From contig OZ257152.1 of assembly GCA_965279265.1 (NCBI GenBank), forward strand, positions 3,401,592 through 3,465,591: a DNA stretch of 64,000 nt, written 5' to 3'. Position 1 is the stretch's first letter. Every line of letters starts with the position of its first letter. This DNA comes from Dyadobacter sp. Lineage in GTDB: Bacteria; Bacteroidota; Bacteroidia; Cytophagales; Spirosomataceae. The notes beneath the pieces are model-generated. The model had not been told where the DNA came from. It worked only from the letters and a program-made list of their open reading frames with translations, and did not search any database. Positions 19,752 to 29,183 of this stretch are shown in pieces. A program made the translations under genes and the position numbers.

Positions 19752-20615
19752 TTACTTTAAGATGGGCCTGACCTTGTAGCCTGCCTTGCGAAGCAGTGCG
19801 ATCACTCCCCGTTCACCGCCCAAATGTGCCGCTCCGACAGCAATGAGCGTTGGTTTCTGATCGATAATTCCTGCAATCCGGCCAATCCAGTTCTGGTTAC
19901 GTTTGAAAAGCATTACCTCATCCTGCCCATCCATGCCAAATTCACTTTTCATAGTCATCTCATACAATCCTGGTAAATCCTGCTTTTTGTACAAATTGAC
20001 CAGACTCTGAAATTCGGCTCTTGCATGCGGAAGGCTATCAATCATATTCAATAACATTTTCACCTGCTGTTTGTAGGGAATGGTATCGAAAATTGCCATT
20101 TGCTCCTCAATGGTTTCAAGTCCGATTACCTCCGATTTTTTGTTTTCGGCCAACTTCACCAGCGTCATTTCATAAGATTCTGGCTGACAGGAAAGTATTT
20201 TGTTAAAAAGTGGCCCCATCATTACGAATGGTTTCGCGCGATCGAACGTCGCTATTTCCATTCCAACTGAATCTTTGTAAAACTGATTCAGGCGGGTATA
20301 ATCACCGGCATCCAGAATTCCTTTCAGGGTTTTACCATCTGCCATAAACATGGTTTTTGTCATAGCAGCCATAAGGCCCGGATCATCCATGTCAATTTCA
20401 AGGGCAATTTGCTGTGTTCTGGAGACCGCATTTTTGAGCGAATCCGTTATCTCGAAGTCAGCCGGGCAGATCAGATGTATTGTGCCAAATAAATAGGAGG
20501 GTGCGGGCAATCCTTTTCCTGAAATCTCCCAGAGCAACGATTTTTCAACCGGCGTTTGTGCTTTCGATAATTGAGAAAGAAGCAAAGTGAAAATTAGCAA
20601 CAACATCTTCTTCAT
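19752..20615 (-). CDS. TraB/GumN family protein
   Basis: I chose the internal ATG that gives signal peptide 'MKKMLLLIFTLLLSQLSKAQ'. 'SLLWEISGKGLPAPSYLFGTIHL' and C-terminal 'LIAVGAAHLGGERGV' are GumN signatures. Confidence 0.8.
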   Translation of the reverse strand: MKKMLLLIFTLLLSQLSKAQTPVEKSLLWEISGKGLPAPSYLFGTIHLICPADFEITDSLKNAVSRTQQIALEIDMDDPGLMAAMTKTMFMADGKTLKGILDAGDYTRLNQFYKDSVGMEIATFDRAKPFVMMGPLFNKILSCQPESYEMTLVKLAENKKSEVIGLETIEEQMAIFDTIPYKQQVKMLLNMIDSLPHARAEFQSLVNLYKKQDLPGLYEMTMKSEFGMDGQDEVMLFKRNQNWIGRIAGIIDQKPTLIAVGAAHLGGERGVIALLRKAGYKVRPILK

Positions 20616-20719
20616 ATAAAAGCTCTGGTTTCGTATCCCTAAAAGTATGCAAACGCAAAACCTGAACAAAGGAGGGTCTTGTTTTAGTTTTTCAATCTTT
20701 ATTTATGACTGTATATAAT

Positions 20720-21313
20720 TTATGACTGCATATACAAAGATTTTTGGTCCATAAGCTCAGGAAAGAGATTGAATTGCTCCTGAAGAATATCCATAACTTC
20801 CGGAACATTCGCATTCAAGTCTGCTGAAATCTCATCCTTCATAAGCGGTCCGCCTCCTGCGTATGCGAATCCCCAACCATGAAACTGAATTTCAATTGAA
20901 CCGGATTCATCAATTCTACAATCAATAAAATAGTCGATGTGACCCTTCGCATCAGAGCAGTACCAGGGAGTGCGGTATTGAAAATCGAAAGTCATCTTAA
21001 GAAACAGATCCGTTCTGCCGGCACGCGACTGGTATGGAAGTTTTGCACCCGGCACCCATTTCAGACACAGGCTGGTAGTGCGGTTGATTTTGTCAAAAAA
21101 CAAGTCAACGAGGCTCAAAATTACAGGACGATTCAGCAATGCGGCCAGATCGTAGCCAATTTCGGCCTCTCCCCTTTGCCAGTCCAAAGTAGTACCTCCG
21201 CAGTTCGACCACTGTATGCGCGTCCATCCGTCACCTGGATGATACGTGCTCAGGATGGTCGTTTGCTCTTTGAAACCGGAGCATCCTGAAAAAGAATTTG
21301 ATTGTGATTTCAT
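20720..21313 (-). CDS. Hypothetical protein (197 aa), last gene of a four-gene operon
   Basis: The ORF is long and uninterrupted, lies 23 bp downstream of the 84-aa ORF, and has no recognisable motif or signal peptide. Confidence 0.55.
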   Translation of the reverse strand: MKSQSNSFSGCSGFKEQTTILSTYHPGDGWTRIQWSNCGGTTLDWQRGEAEIGYDLAALLNRPVILSLVDLFFDKINRTTSLCLKWVPGAKLPYQSRAGRTDLFLKMTFDFQYRTPWYCSDAKGHIDYFIDCRIDESGSIEIQFHGWGFAYAGGGPLMKDEISADLNANVPEVMDILQEQFNLFPELMDQKSLYMQS

Positions 21314-21336
21314 AAAGGGCTGGGGTTAAATACACT

Positions 21337-21591
21337 TCAGATTGCCTTCAATACCGGAACATGGCGCATGGACATGGCGTCTCTGTAATCAATCAGCTGC
21401 CTGTCGCCAGGCTGAGTGAACAGGTAAAGTTTTCCGGTGACAGGCCCGGTCACCGTAAGTGTTTTCTGCCCGGTGTATTCAAACCTGACGTCTCTCCATA
21501 ATTGAGGGAGCGGGGCGTTGTGTGGAGTGGCTATCTGATTTTTGCCCGACTCCTGTTTGTATTCATTTCGTTTTTGTCCACAGCACGACAT
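21337..21591 (-). CDS. Hypothetical small protein (84 aa)
   Basis: It starts 'MSCCGQKR'. The 'FEYTGQKTLTVTGPVTGKLYLF' beta-rich core is present. It lies 12 bp downstream of the DUF1360 ORF. Confidence 0.5.
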   Translation of the reverse strand: MSCCGQKRNEYKQESGKNQIATPHNAPLPQLWRDVRFEYTGQKTLTVTGPVTGKLYLFTQPGDRQLIDYRDAMSMRHVPVLKAI

Positions 21592-21603
21592 AATGGTGAA
21601 TTT

Positions 21604-21918
21604 TTAATCTTCTGAATAAAAAGGTTTTTTTAAATCCGTATTCTTCCGTGAAGTTGCTTTTTCCAGCAAACAGGCCGCGCCGGAAAAGGCAAGCCACAAC
21701 AGCGTTATTTGTTTCCAGCCAAAACCTCCGGAATATGCAAATGGAATAGATATCCACAGACTCAGGCAGTAGAAGCAGTCGAGCAGGTTTCCGAAGAAAC
21801 CCGCCCCTGCTTTTTTTCGAATCAGGAAAATGATATCAAAAGGACCATCTTCCTTGCTGAGCAAATGGGTGATCCTCCATACTGCCAGGACTACCAGTGA
21901 AAAATCAATCAATTGCAT
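21604..21918 (-). CDS. DUF1360 domain membrane protein
   Basis: I chose the internal ATG ('MQLIDFSLVVLAVWRITHLLSKEDGPFD...CFYCLSLWISIPFA'). The longer track ORF would overlap the upstream gene by about 100 nt. There are three hydrophobic helices. Confidence 0.65.
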   Translation of the reverse strand: MQLIDFSLVVLAVWRITHLLSKEDGPFDIIFLIRKKAGAGFFGNLLDCFYCLSLWISIPFAYSGGFGWKQITLLWLAFSGAACLLEKATSRKNTDLKKPFYSED

Positions 21919-21937
21919 GTCGGTCCAGATTAAAAGG

Positions 21938-24049
21938 CTACTTGTCGCCCAGTGGCTTGTCACGTAGACAGAATCCCTGCAGGTCACCGGCCGGGAGGCC
22001 AATTGTGTGGGAATTAACAATGGTTCTGTCGGTGGCATCTATTCTCACATTGTAGCCACAGCGCACCATTGCAGATGTGTCAATTGTAAATGTTCCGCTG
22101 GTGCTGCCGTCGGGCAAAGTGCCCGCATAGTAGCTTCTCACGTGCGCACTGGTTGCATCGAGCTGAACAACTGCGCCGTTGGCAGGTGTTACAGTGACAT
22201 TAAGTGATCCGGCGTGGCTGTCTGTGTAACTGTATGTTCCCGTAATGCTTTGACCAATTGTAATATCTCCGCAATTGCCACCTGCAACAGGATCAATATC
22301 AATCTGAACCACAGGCGCTTTGTCGTCCACGAGGATTGTTACGGCACCGTTCGGGTCATTGTAAATCACATTCGTGCTGTCTTTCGCCTGAATTCTGATT
22401 ATATGTTTTCCCGGCGTCGTTGCCATGTATCTGCCTAGTAAATCGCCAACGATTTTTGTTGAGGCTGTTTCGAAATATGGAATCCAGCCATCGGAAGCAG
22501 GGTTAAATGTTTCATCATCAAAAACGCCTGAGGTATCCGTCGTAATGATCTGCTGATCAGTTAGCGGCAGTTCGGTGCCTCCGGGTTTGGTGACAAGGAA
22601 CCGATACTGCATACCGGATGTGGCAAAGAAGATATTGCCGATCAACTCCATGGTGCCGTAAAATGGACTGTGTAGCGCGCCTCCGAGTGATCCTGTCAGG
22701 CCTGTCGTAGCCAATCCGGTTGCGTTATCAATATCGGCTACGACCATGCCGCCTACCTTTTCCAGGATAATGGTTTGTTTTCCCGGAACGACGCTGTCGG
22801 GCAAAGGTTTGATTTCGACTGTGCATTCTTCCCAGTCGCCGTAAGCAGCTATGTAGTTGGGATTGTTAACGGGCGGCGCCACGTTCCAGGATAGAATGGC
22901 TTTCAATTTTGCTTTGCCAGCATTACACCAGGCTTTCTGATGGGGCTGTAAATCAACAGGTAACGCCAGATTATACCATAAACCGTCTCTTGGGATCGTG
23001 TTGATGTCATGAACGCTGGTGGATGAAGTTCCCATGTATTTATAACCTGCGCCGAAATCCATGTAAAATGCCACATATTCTTTGGTGCCTGCCTGACAAA
23101 GATTACCCAGATAGCCACTAGGCTTTTTAATAATTACGCTTGCATGTAAGCTGTTCAGCTCGCGGTTGAGCGCCACACATTTCACTTCTTCGAAAGTTGT
23201 ATCGAATTTGAGCAGTGGTATTTTTGATATGATGTCATGCCAGTCAAAATCGATCGGGAGCGTGAATTCCGGATGCGTTGAAATGGCTGAGTATTTTTTT
23301 AGCTCGGCAACGTGCTTCACTACCAGGCGGGTATCTTCTATTTTCCCCTGATACAATTTTTTGAAATAGGATGGATCAGCGACGATAGGTTCCGGCTGGG
23401 GAGGAACTGGTGGCAAGGTAAGTTGCAATTTATCCAGATTGAGCAACAGCTGATTCTTAATCTTATCGTCAATAAAGATATCTTTTTTCAGCAGGCACCA
23501 GATGCTTTTACTTGGAGCGATCTGGATATTGGTCTGCATCGTATTTCCCCATACCGGATTCCAATTGACATGGTTGGCGGGAGGTGCGCTGTTCCATGAC
23601 AAAATAGCTTTCACCCTTGGCAGTATGGCGGGATCGTCACAGCAACTTTGTTTTTTTGCATTAAGTTTAAGCTGTACGTTGTAGCACAAATCTTCCTGAA
23701 AAGGCAAATCGTGCACATTGGTACTGGCTAAACCCTCGTCGATCCAATTCCCGTCACGCAGATAATCTACATAAAAACGAACGTATTCCAGGCTGCCGTT
23801 GGTGCAGGAATTGCCTCCATATCCTCCATTCTGCTTAATTGAAATCGCCGCATTCAGCATCTTGGTAAAAGGATTGTAACTGACACACTTCAATTCTTCG
23901 TAAAAGACATTTCCTGCGATTACCTGGATTGCCTTGAACTTGCTTTCGTTCAGGTTGCCAAAATAATTAGGATTTGTTAACTGCAACAATTTGAAATCGG
24001 AACGTAGATTGATGTGTTCCAGCTTTTCGGTCGAATCTGGTTTTGACAT
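21938..24049 (-). CDS. Large hypothetical protein (703 aa) with a tandemly duplicated Cys-containing domain and a beta-rich C-terminal region
   Basis: I chose the start at 'MSKPDSTEKLEH'. There is an internal duplication: 'YEELKCVSYNP...GSLEYVRFYVDY...KAILSWNSAPP' versus 'FEEVKCVALNR...GTKEYVAFYMDF...KAILSWNVAPP'. No signal peptide or family was recognised. Confidence 0.65.
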   Translation of the reverse strand: MSKPDSTEKLEHINLRSDFKLLQLTNPNYFGNLNESKFKAIQVIAGNVFYEELKCVSYNPFTKMLNAAISIKQNGGYGGNSCTNGSLEYVRFYVDYLRDGNWIDEGLASTNVHDLPFQEDLCYNVQLKLNAKKQSCCDDPAILPRVKAILSWNSAPPANHVNWNPVWGNTMQTNIQIAPSKSIWCLLKKDIFIDDKIKNQLLLNLDKLQLTLPPVPPQPEPIVADPSYFKKLYQGKIEDTRLVVKHVAELKKYSAISTHPEFTLPIDFDWHDIISKIPLLKFDTTFEEVKCVALNRELNSLHASVIIKKPSGYLGNLCQAGTKEYVAFYMDFGAGYKYMGTSSTSVHDINTIPRDGLWYNLALPVDLQPHQKAWCNAGKAKLKAILSWNVAPPVNNPNYIAAYGDWEECTVEIKPLPDSVVPGKQTIILEKVGGMVVADIDNATGLATTGLTGSLGGALHSPFYGTMELIGNIFFATSGMQYRFLVTKPGGTELPLTDQQIITTDTSGVFDDETFNPASDGWIPYFETASTKIVGDLLGRYMATTPGKHIIRIQAKDSTNVIYNDPNGAVTILVDDKAPVVQIDIDPVAGGNCGDITIGQSITGTYSYTDSHAGSLNVTVTPANGAVVQLDATSAHVRSYYAGTLPDGSTSGTFTIDTSAMVRCGYNVRIDATDRTIVNSHTIGLPAGDLQGFCLRDKPLGDK

Positions 24050-24509
24050 GGTGGTAAGGTGAAAAGGTTGAGAAATAGGAAATTTTGAGCACAAGAATTC
24101 TCTTTCCGGGTACTCTCCGGAATTTTCCTTTTATTGTAAACACTTGCGTTTCTTTTAGAAGCCGTTGTTCAGCGAAACTGCTTTTAGTATACGTTCGAAG
24201 CAGTTTTTATTCAGCGATTCAAATTTCTGGAATCGTGCCTTTATCAATTCTGCTTCAAAACCGGGGTGCCATTTTCAGGGAAATTTGATCGACTGCCTAC
24301 TCATGGATACCCTTTTCTCTGTTTACGGGCTGTTGCTTGAACAGCTATTATTTTATGCGAAATCAACCTGGTTTTTTTAAGACTCATCCGGGTGAATTGT
24401 TAGTCGGATTTTGGCCTGGCGTGGAAACAATTTCGGGGATAATTTTTAGTGATTTTTTTGAATGTCATCTGAAAGTGATTTTGAAGCTATTTTGACGGGA
24501 TGTAAGGAC

Positions 24510-24539
24510 AAAAAAATCCCCGGCCGAAAAGCCGGGGAT
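24510..24539 (-). terminator. Rho-independent terminator downstream of the M28 peptidase gene
   Basis: ATCCCCGGC / GCCGGGGAT is a 9-bp GC-rich stem, followed on the minus strand by a T-run (plus-strand A-run 24510-24516). Confidence 0.7.
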
Positions 24540-24570
24540 GTCTCTTTTAAACAAATATTCAAATATCAGG

Positions 24571-26163
24571 TCATTCCTTATGACTATCAACAACAATTCT
24601 CGCGTCACGGTTAACAAGTTCCCAGGCGGTATAAAACACAAGTTTCACAATTGGTGCCTGCTTGTCGAACATGATCTTTTCGACGTCGTCGCCCGGACGG
24701 TGGTAGTCTTCATGAACGCCGGTGAAATAAAAGATTACCGGTACGCCCATTTTAGCAAAATTATAATGGTCTGAACGGTAGTAGAACCGGTTCGGATCTT
24801 TCGGGTCATTGAAAGTATAGTCCAGCTTATAATTGATGTATTTTTTGTTCGCTGCTTCGCTGATGTTGTGAAGTTCCGATGAGAGTTTGTCAGCCCCGAT
24901 CACGTACACATATTTCGGGTCCTTTTCATGCGCAGCGTCAACCCGTCCGATCATGTCGATGTTCAAATCAGCAATTGTATTTTTTAACGGAAGCAGCGGA
25001 TGTTCCGAATAATATTCAGAACCAAACAGTCCTTTCTCTTCGCCGGTTACATTCAAAAACAGAATGCTTCTTCTTGGTCCCTTGCCTTCTGCTTTTGCCT
25101 TACTGAACGCTTCTGCCAATTCGAGCAATGACACAGTTCCTGAGCCGTCATCATCTGCACCGTTGTTGATTTCCCCGTTGGGAGAAATCCCGATATGATC
25201 CAAATGAGCGCTTATCACCAGAACTTCGTCTTTTTTATCCGAGCCTTCAAGGAATGCGGCCACATTCTCGGTTTCGATGGTTTCATTTTTTCGCTCCGCT
25301 TTGAAACTGACCTCTCCCTTAATCGTGCCGGAAACAGGCTTTCCCGTGTTGTCAATATCGCTTTTGTATTTCTCAATTTTGGTGGTCGTGGTTCCCAGTA
25401 TCTGGGCGGCCATAGCAGGGGTGATCACAAATGAAGCAACATTGTTAGGTGCTTCCTGAACAGGTTTTAGTGTAGGAGCGCTAAATCTGCGGGCCATCAC
25501 TGCGCGTTGCCGAATTTCCTTGTCCAGATCTTCGCCGGTTTTTGTGGTGATAATGAATACATATCTGGCACCTTTTTCCAAAGCAAGTTTTACCTTGGGC
25601 TGCCATGAAACAGGGCCGCTCCATTTGGATTTCTCACTGTTTCCGCTGAGCAGAAATTGATCAGTGCCGCTGGTGGGTTCTCCTTCAAAAATTAGAACGG
25701 ATTTCTCTTTAACGTCCAGTTTGGCGTAATCGTTGTAGTTTTTTTCCTCGATGCCATAACCGGCAAAAACCACTTGGGTTTCGATTTCCTGCGGTTCACT
25801 AAGCAGACCGTTGAGGTAAAAATCTTTATTGAATTCATATTTTTTTCCCCGGCTTTTGGCATAAACCTCGCCCCAGCTGCGCTTGTATAAATTGTATTTT
25901 TGAAGAAAGGATTTGGTGCCATCGCCATTGTCAGCAATCGGTTGTAAACCGTATTCCTTGAAATACTTCGTTACATAGTCAGCAGCCATTTTCTGCCCTT
26001 TTGAGCCAGTGTCTCTACCTTCCAGGCTATCGGATGAAATAATCACCAGGTGCTTTTTAAGGTCTTCCGGCGTAATGGTGTTGGCGTATTTGGTAGCGTC
26101 ATCCTGTGCATAAGCCGCAGTTGAGAGTGTCAGGAATATTCCGGCCAGCAGGTTTTTGTTCAT
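24571..26163 (-). CDS. M28 family metallopeptidase (aminopeptidase) with a PA domain
   Basis: A signal peptide is present. 'VLVISAHLDHIG', 'GADDDGSGTVSLLELA', 'FLNVTGEEKGLFGSEYY' and 'VHEDYHRPGDD' are zinc-ligand motifs. Confidence 0.85.
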   Translation of the reverse strand: MNKNLLAGIFLTLSTAAYAQDDATKYANTITPEDLKKHLVIISSDSLEGRDTGSKGQKMAADYVTKYFKEYGLQPIADNGDGTKSFLQKYNLYKRSWGEVYAKSRGKKYEFNKDFYLNGLLSEPQEIETQVVFAGYGIEEKNYNDYAKLDVKEKSVLIFEGEPTSGTDQFLLSGNSEKSKWSGPVSWQPKVKLALEKGARYVFIITTKTGEDLDKEIRQRAVMARRFSAPTLKPVQEAPNNVASFVITPAMAAQILGTTTTKIEKYKSDIDNTGKPVSGTIKGEVSFKAERKNETIETENVAAFLEGSDKKDEVLVISAHLDHIGISPNGEINNGADDDGSGTVSLLELAEAFSKAKAEGKGPRRSILFLNVTGEEKGLFGSEYYSEHPLLPLKNTIADLNIDMIGRVDAAHEKDPKYVYVIGADKLSSELHNISEAANKKYINYKLDYTFNDPKDPNRFYYRSDHYNFAKMGVPVIFYFTGVHEDYHRPGDDVEKIMFDKQAPIVKLVFYTAWELVNRDARIVVDSHKE

Positions 26164-26249
26164 TGCGAAGTTTTAAAAGATTTAACACAAAGAAAGGAAA
26201 TGATCATAATAAAATAAAGTCAAAGTTTTGGCTATCGGATAAAGGTGTT

Positions 26250-26280
26250 TTGCCACGGATACACGAATGGACACGAATTT
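26250..26280 (-). repeat. Inverted, diverged copy of the first 31 nt of the 99-bp repeat unit
   Basis: The reverse complement 'aaattcgtgtccattcgtgtatccgtggcaa' matches the unit head 'aaattcgtgtttattcgtgcatcggtggcaa' at about 27 of 31 positions. Confidence 0.7.
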
Positions 26281-26379
26281 GTGGTTCGGTAAAGGAAAAG
26301 GGCGTTAGTGTTTTTGGAGCTTGAAAGAATTTTAAGTGTTCTCTATACGATCAAAAAAGAACGTACACGTCAGGTTTTT

Positions 26380-27005
26380 AAATTCGTGTTTATTCGTGCA
26401 TCGGTGGCAATTGAGTTTGAAAGAATCACAAACTTGGCTTCGATCTCAAAACTGATGGGACTCGTCTGATATCAAAATAAATTCGTGTTTATTCGTGCAT
26501 CGGTGGCAATTGAGTTTGAAGGAATCACAAACTTGGCTTCGATCTCAAAACTGATGGGACTCGTCTGATATCAAAATAAATTCGTGTTTATTCGTGCATC
26601 GGTGGCAATTGAGTTTGAAGGAATCACAAACTTGGCTTCGATCTCAAAACTGATGGGAATCGTCTGATATCAAAATAAATTCGTGTTTATTCGTGCATCG
26701 GTGGCAATTGAGTTTGAAAGAATCACAAACTTGGCTTCGATCTCAAAACTGATGGGACTCGTCTGATAAAATAAATTCGTGTTTATTCGTGCATCGGTGG
26801 CAATTGAGTTTGAAGGAATCACAAACTTGGCTTCGATCTAAAACTGATGGGACTCGTCTGATATCAAAATAAATTCGTGTTTATTCGTGCATCGGTGGCA
26901 ATTGAGTTTGAAAGAATCACAAACTTGGCTTCGATCTCAAAACTGATGGGACTCGTCTGATATCAAAATAAATTCGTGTTTATTCGTGCATCCGTGGCAA
27001 TTAAG
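26380..27005 (+). repeat. Non-coding tandem repeat array, ~99-bp unit, six full copies plus a partial seventh
   Basis: Unit starts at 26380, 26479, 26578, 26677, 26773, 26871 and 26970 give periods of 99, 99, 99, 96, 98 and 99. Units are near-identical with a few SNPs and indels. Stops occur in all frames. Confidence 0.95.
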
Positions 27006-27235
27006 CCATCTACAAAAAATTCAAAACAGGTTTTTATTAACAAACTGGCACGAAAGTCTATGAATTTTAGTTTCAACAAAAGAAGAGCAAATTGCACGGT
27101 TGTGGGCAAAAACTTAAAATTGTAACCATTCAATAATTTTCTTCACTATTTGCACTTCTCTCAGTCTAAACACTGTTTTTAGTTTGATAACATTAAAATA
27201 ATTGTAAAATACTGTTATTCAGCGAAAAAACTCCG

Positions 27236-27243
27236 TACATTTG
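27236..27243 (+). promoter_or_regulatory. Bacteroidota-type -7 promoter box (TAnnTTTG) upstream of typA
   Basis: TACATTTG lies about 100 nt upstream of the typA ATG. Confidence 0.3.
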
Positions 27244-27345
27244 CACCCTATTTGACGAAGTTCAATAAGAATTAAGCTCACGGCGGCTCAGAGCACAATT
27301 CAGAAAAATCAACAGGCCCGCCGTAAACAACTGATCCATAAAACA

Positions 27346-29160
27346 ATGCAAGCCATTCGTAACATCGCAATCATTGCGCACGTTGACCACGGTAAAACAA
27401 CATTGGTTGACAAAATTATTCACGCTTCAAAGTTATTTCGCGATAACCAGGAGTTTGATGACCTTATCCTTGATAATAATGACCTTGAACGGGAACGTGG
27501 TATAACCATCACTTCCAAAAACGTATCTGTACGTTATAAAGATGTAAAAATCAATGTGATTGATACACCTGGTCACGCCGACTTTGGTGGTGAAGTGGAG
27601 CGTGTACTTAAAATGGCGGATGGTGTATTGCTTCTGGTAGATGCTTTCGAAGGGCCAATGCCTCAGACGCGTTTCGTATTGGGCAAAGCAATAGACCTGG
27701 GTTTGAAACCAATCGTTGTTGTTAATAAAGTTGACAAAGAAAACTGTCGTCCGGAAGAAGTTCAGGAAAGCGTTTTTGATTTGATGTTCAACCTCGGAGC
27801 AACCGAAGACCAGCTTGATTTCGTAACTGTTTACGGTTCGTCAAAACAAGGCTGGATGGGTCCGGATTGGCAACATCCTACCGACAACATTACTTATTTG
27901 CTTGATACGATCATTGAATCAATTCCAGCTCCGGTAATTAAAGAAGGTACTCCGCAGATGCAGATTACTTCACTTGACTACAACGCATTCGTAGGCCGTA
28001 TCGCGATTGGTCGTCTTAAACGCGGAACGTTGAAAGAAGGCGGAACTTACACTTTGTGCAAAGCAGATGGTGTAATGAAAAAGGTTAAAATTAAAGAACT
28101 TCAGATTTTTGAAGGACTTGGAAGAGTAAAAGTAGCCGAAGTAATTGCCGGAGATATCTGCGCGGTAACTGGTATTGAAGATTTCGAAATTGGTGATACA
28201 ATTGCTGATCTTGAAAATCCGGAACCAATCGAGCGTATCGAAGTGGATGAGCCAACGATGAACATGTTGTTCACGATAAATAACTCACCATTTTTTGGTA
28301 AAGAAGGTAAATTCGTTACATCACGTCACTTGCGTGACCGTCTGTTGAAAGAAACAGAAAAGAACCTTGCACTTCGTGTAGAACCAACGGACACAGAAGA
28401 TAAATTCTTGGTATTCGGCCGTGGTATCCTTCACTTGTCAGTTTTGATCGAAACGATGCGTCGCGAAGGTTATGAACTGCAACTGGGTCAGCCACAGGTT
28501 TTGTTCAAAGAAGATGAAAAAGGACAGCGTTTGGAACCAATCGAAACATTGGTAGTTGATGTTCCTGAATCTACTGCCGGAAAAGTAATCGAATTGGCTA
28601 CACAAAGAAGAGGTGAGCTTTTGATCATGGAACCAAAAGGAGATTTGCAGCATCTTGAATTCGAAATTCCTTCACGTGGATTGATCGGTCTCCGCTCTAA
28701 CGTGCTTACTGCAACGCAGGGTGAAGCTGTGATGACACATCGTTTCAAATCTTTCGAAACTTACCGTGGAGCAATTCCTGGCCGTTTGAGTGGTTCTATC
28801 ATCTCAAAAGGAACGGGTATGGCAACAGGTTATACTATTGATAAATTGCAGGATCGCGGTCGTTTCTTCGTAGAGCCGGGTGATGAAATTTACGGTGGAC
28901 AAGTTATCGGTGAACACAATCGCCCTAACGATATCGTTGTAAACTTGCAGGAAGCGAAAAAATTGACCAACATGCGTGCTTCCGGTACGGACGATGGTTT
29001 GAGAATCGCTCCGAAAATCAACTTCTCTCTTGAAGAATCAATGGAATACATCCAGAAGGATGAGTATCTTGAAGTAACGCCGCAAAGCATGCGTATGCGT
29101 AAAATATATCTTGAAGAAAACGATCGTAAACGTTATGCTTCAAAAGTTGAAATGGCTTAA
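27346..29160 (+). CDS. typA: Translational GTPase TypA/BipA
   Basis: 'IRNIAIIAHVDHGKTTLVD', 'DTPGHADFGGEVER' and 'VVNKVDK' are present, with full-length EF-G-like architecture. Confidence 0.95.
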   Translation: MQAIRNIAIIAHVDHGKTTLVDKIIHASKLFRDNQEFDDLILDNNDLERERGITITSKNVSVRYKDVKINVIDTPGHADFGGEVERVLKMADGVLLLVDAFEGPMPQTRFVLGKAIDLGLKPIVVVNKVDKENCRPEEVQESVFDLMFNLGATEDQLDFVTVYGSSKQGWMGPDWQHPTDNITYLLDTIIESIPAPVIKEGTPQMQITSLDYNAFVGRIAIGRLKRGTLKEGGTYTLCKADGVMKKVKIKELQIFEGLGRVKVAEVIAGDICAVTGIEDFEIGDTIADLENPEPIERIEVDEPTMNMLFTINNSPFFGKEGKFVTSRHLRDRLLKETEKNLALRVEPTDTEDKFLVFGRGILHLSVLIETMRREGYELQLGQPQVLFKEDEKGQRLEPIETLVVDVPESTAGKVIELATQRRGELLIMEPKGDLQHLEFEIPSRGLIGLRSNVLTATQGEAVMTHRFKSFETYRGAIPGRLSGSIISKGTGMATGYTIDKLQDRGRFFVEPGDEIYGGQVIGEHNRPNDIVVNLQEAKKLTNMRASGTDDGLRIAPKINFSLEESMEYIQKDEYLEVTPQSMRMRKIYLEENDRKRYASKVEMA

Positions 29161-29183
29161 TTCTCATTTCAAACTAGTACAAC

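Noticed and set aside
21604-22038. The 144-aa version of the DUF1360 ORF, and the 718-aa version (to 24094) of the large upstream protein.
   Set aside because: The N-terminal extensions have no family signal. For the DUF1360 ORF, the extension would overlap the upstream gene by about 100 nt. Internal ATGs at 21918 and 24049 give compact, non-overlapping genes. The start choices remain unverified.
24175-24206. A hairpin, AAACTGCTT / AAGCAGTTT, followed by T-rich sequence on the plus strand, resembling a terminator.
   Set aside because: No plus-strand gene ends upstream of it. It lies in the leader or promoter region of the minus-strand four-gene operon. I mention it under that finding as a possible regulatory structure, not as a terminator.
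26106-26324. A 72-aa plus-strand ORF spanning the M28 peptidase start and the inverted repeat head.
   Set aside because: It overlaps the 5' end of a well-supported gene on the opposite strand and then runs into repeat-derived sequence. It has no motif and no plausible start context.
26380-27005. Possible CRISPR array, given regular ~99-bp periodicity in an intergenic region.
   Set aside because: The whole 99-bp unit is repeated nearly identically, so there are no unique spacers. No cas genes are in the window. The repeat length is far outside CRISPR norms. I called it a tandem repeat instead.
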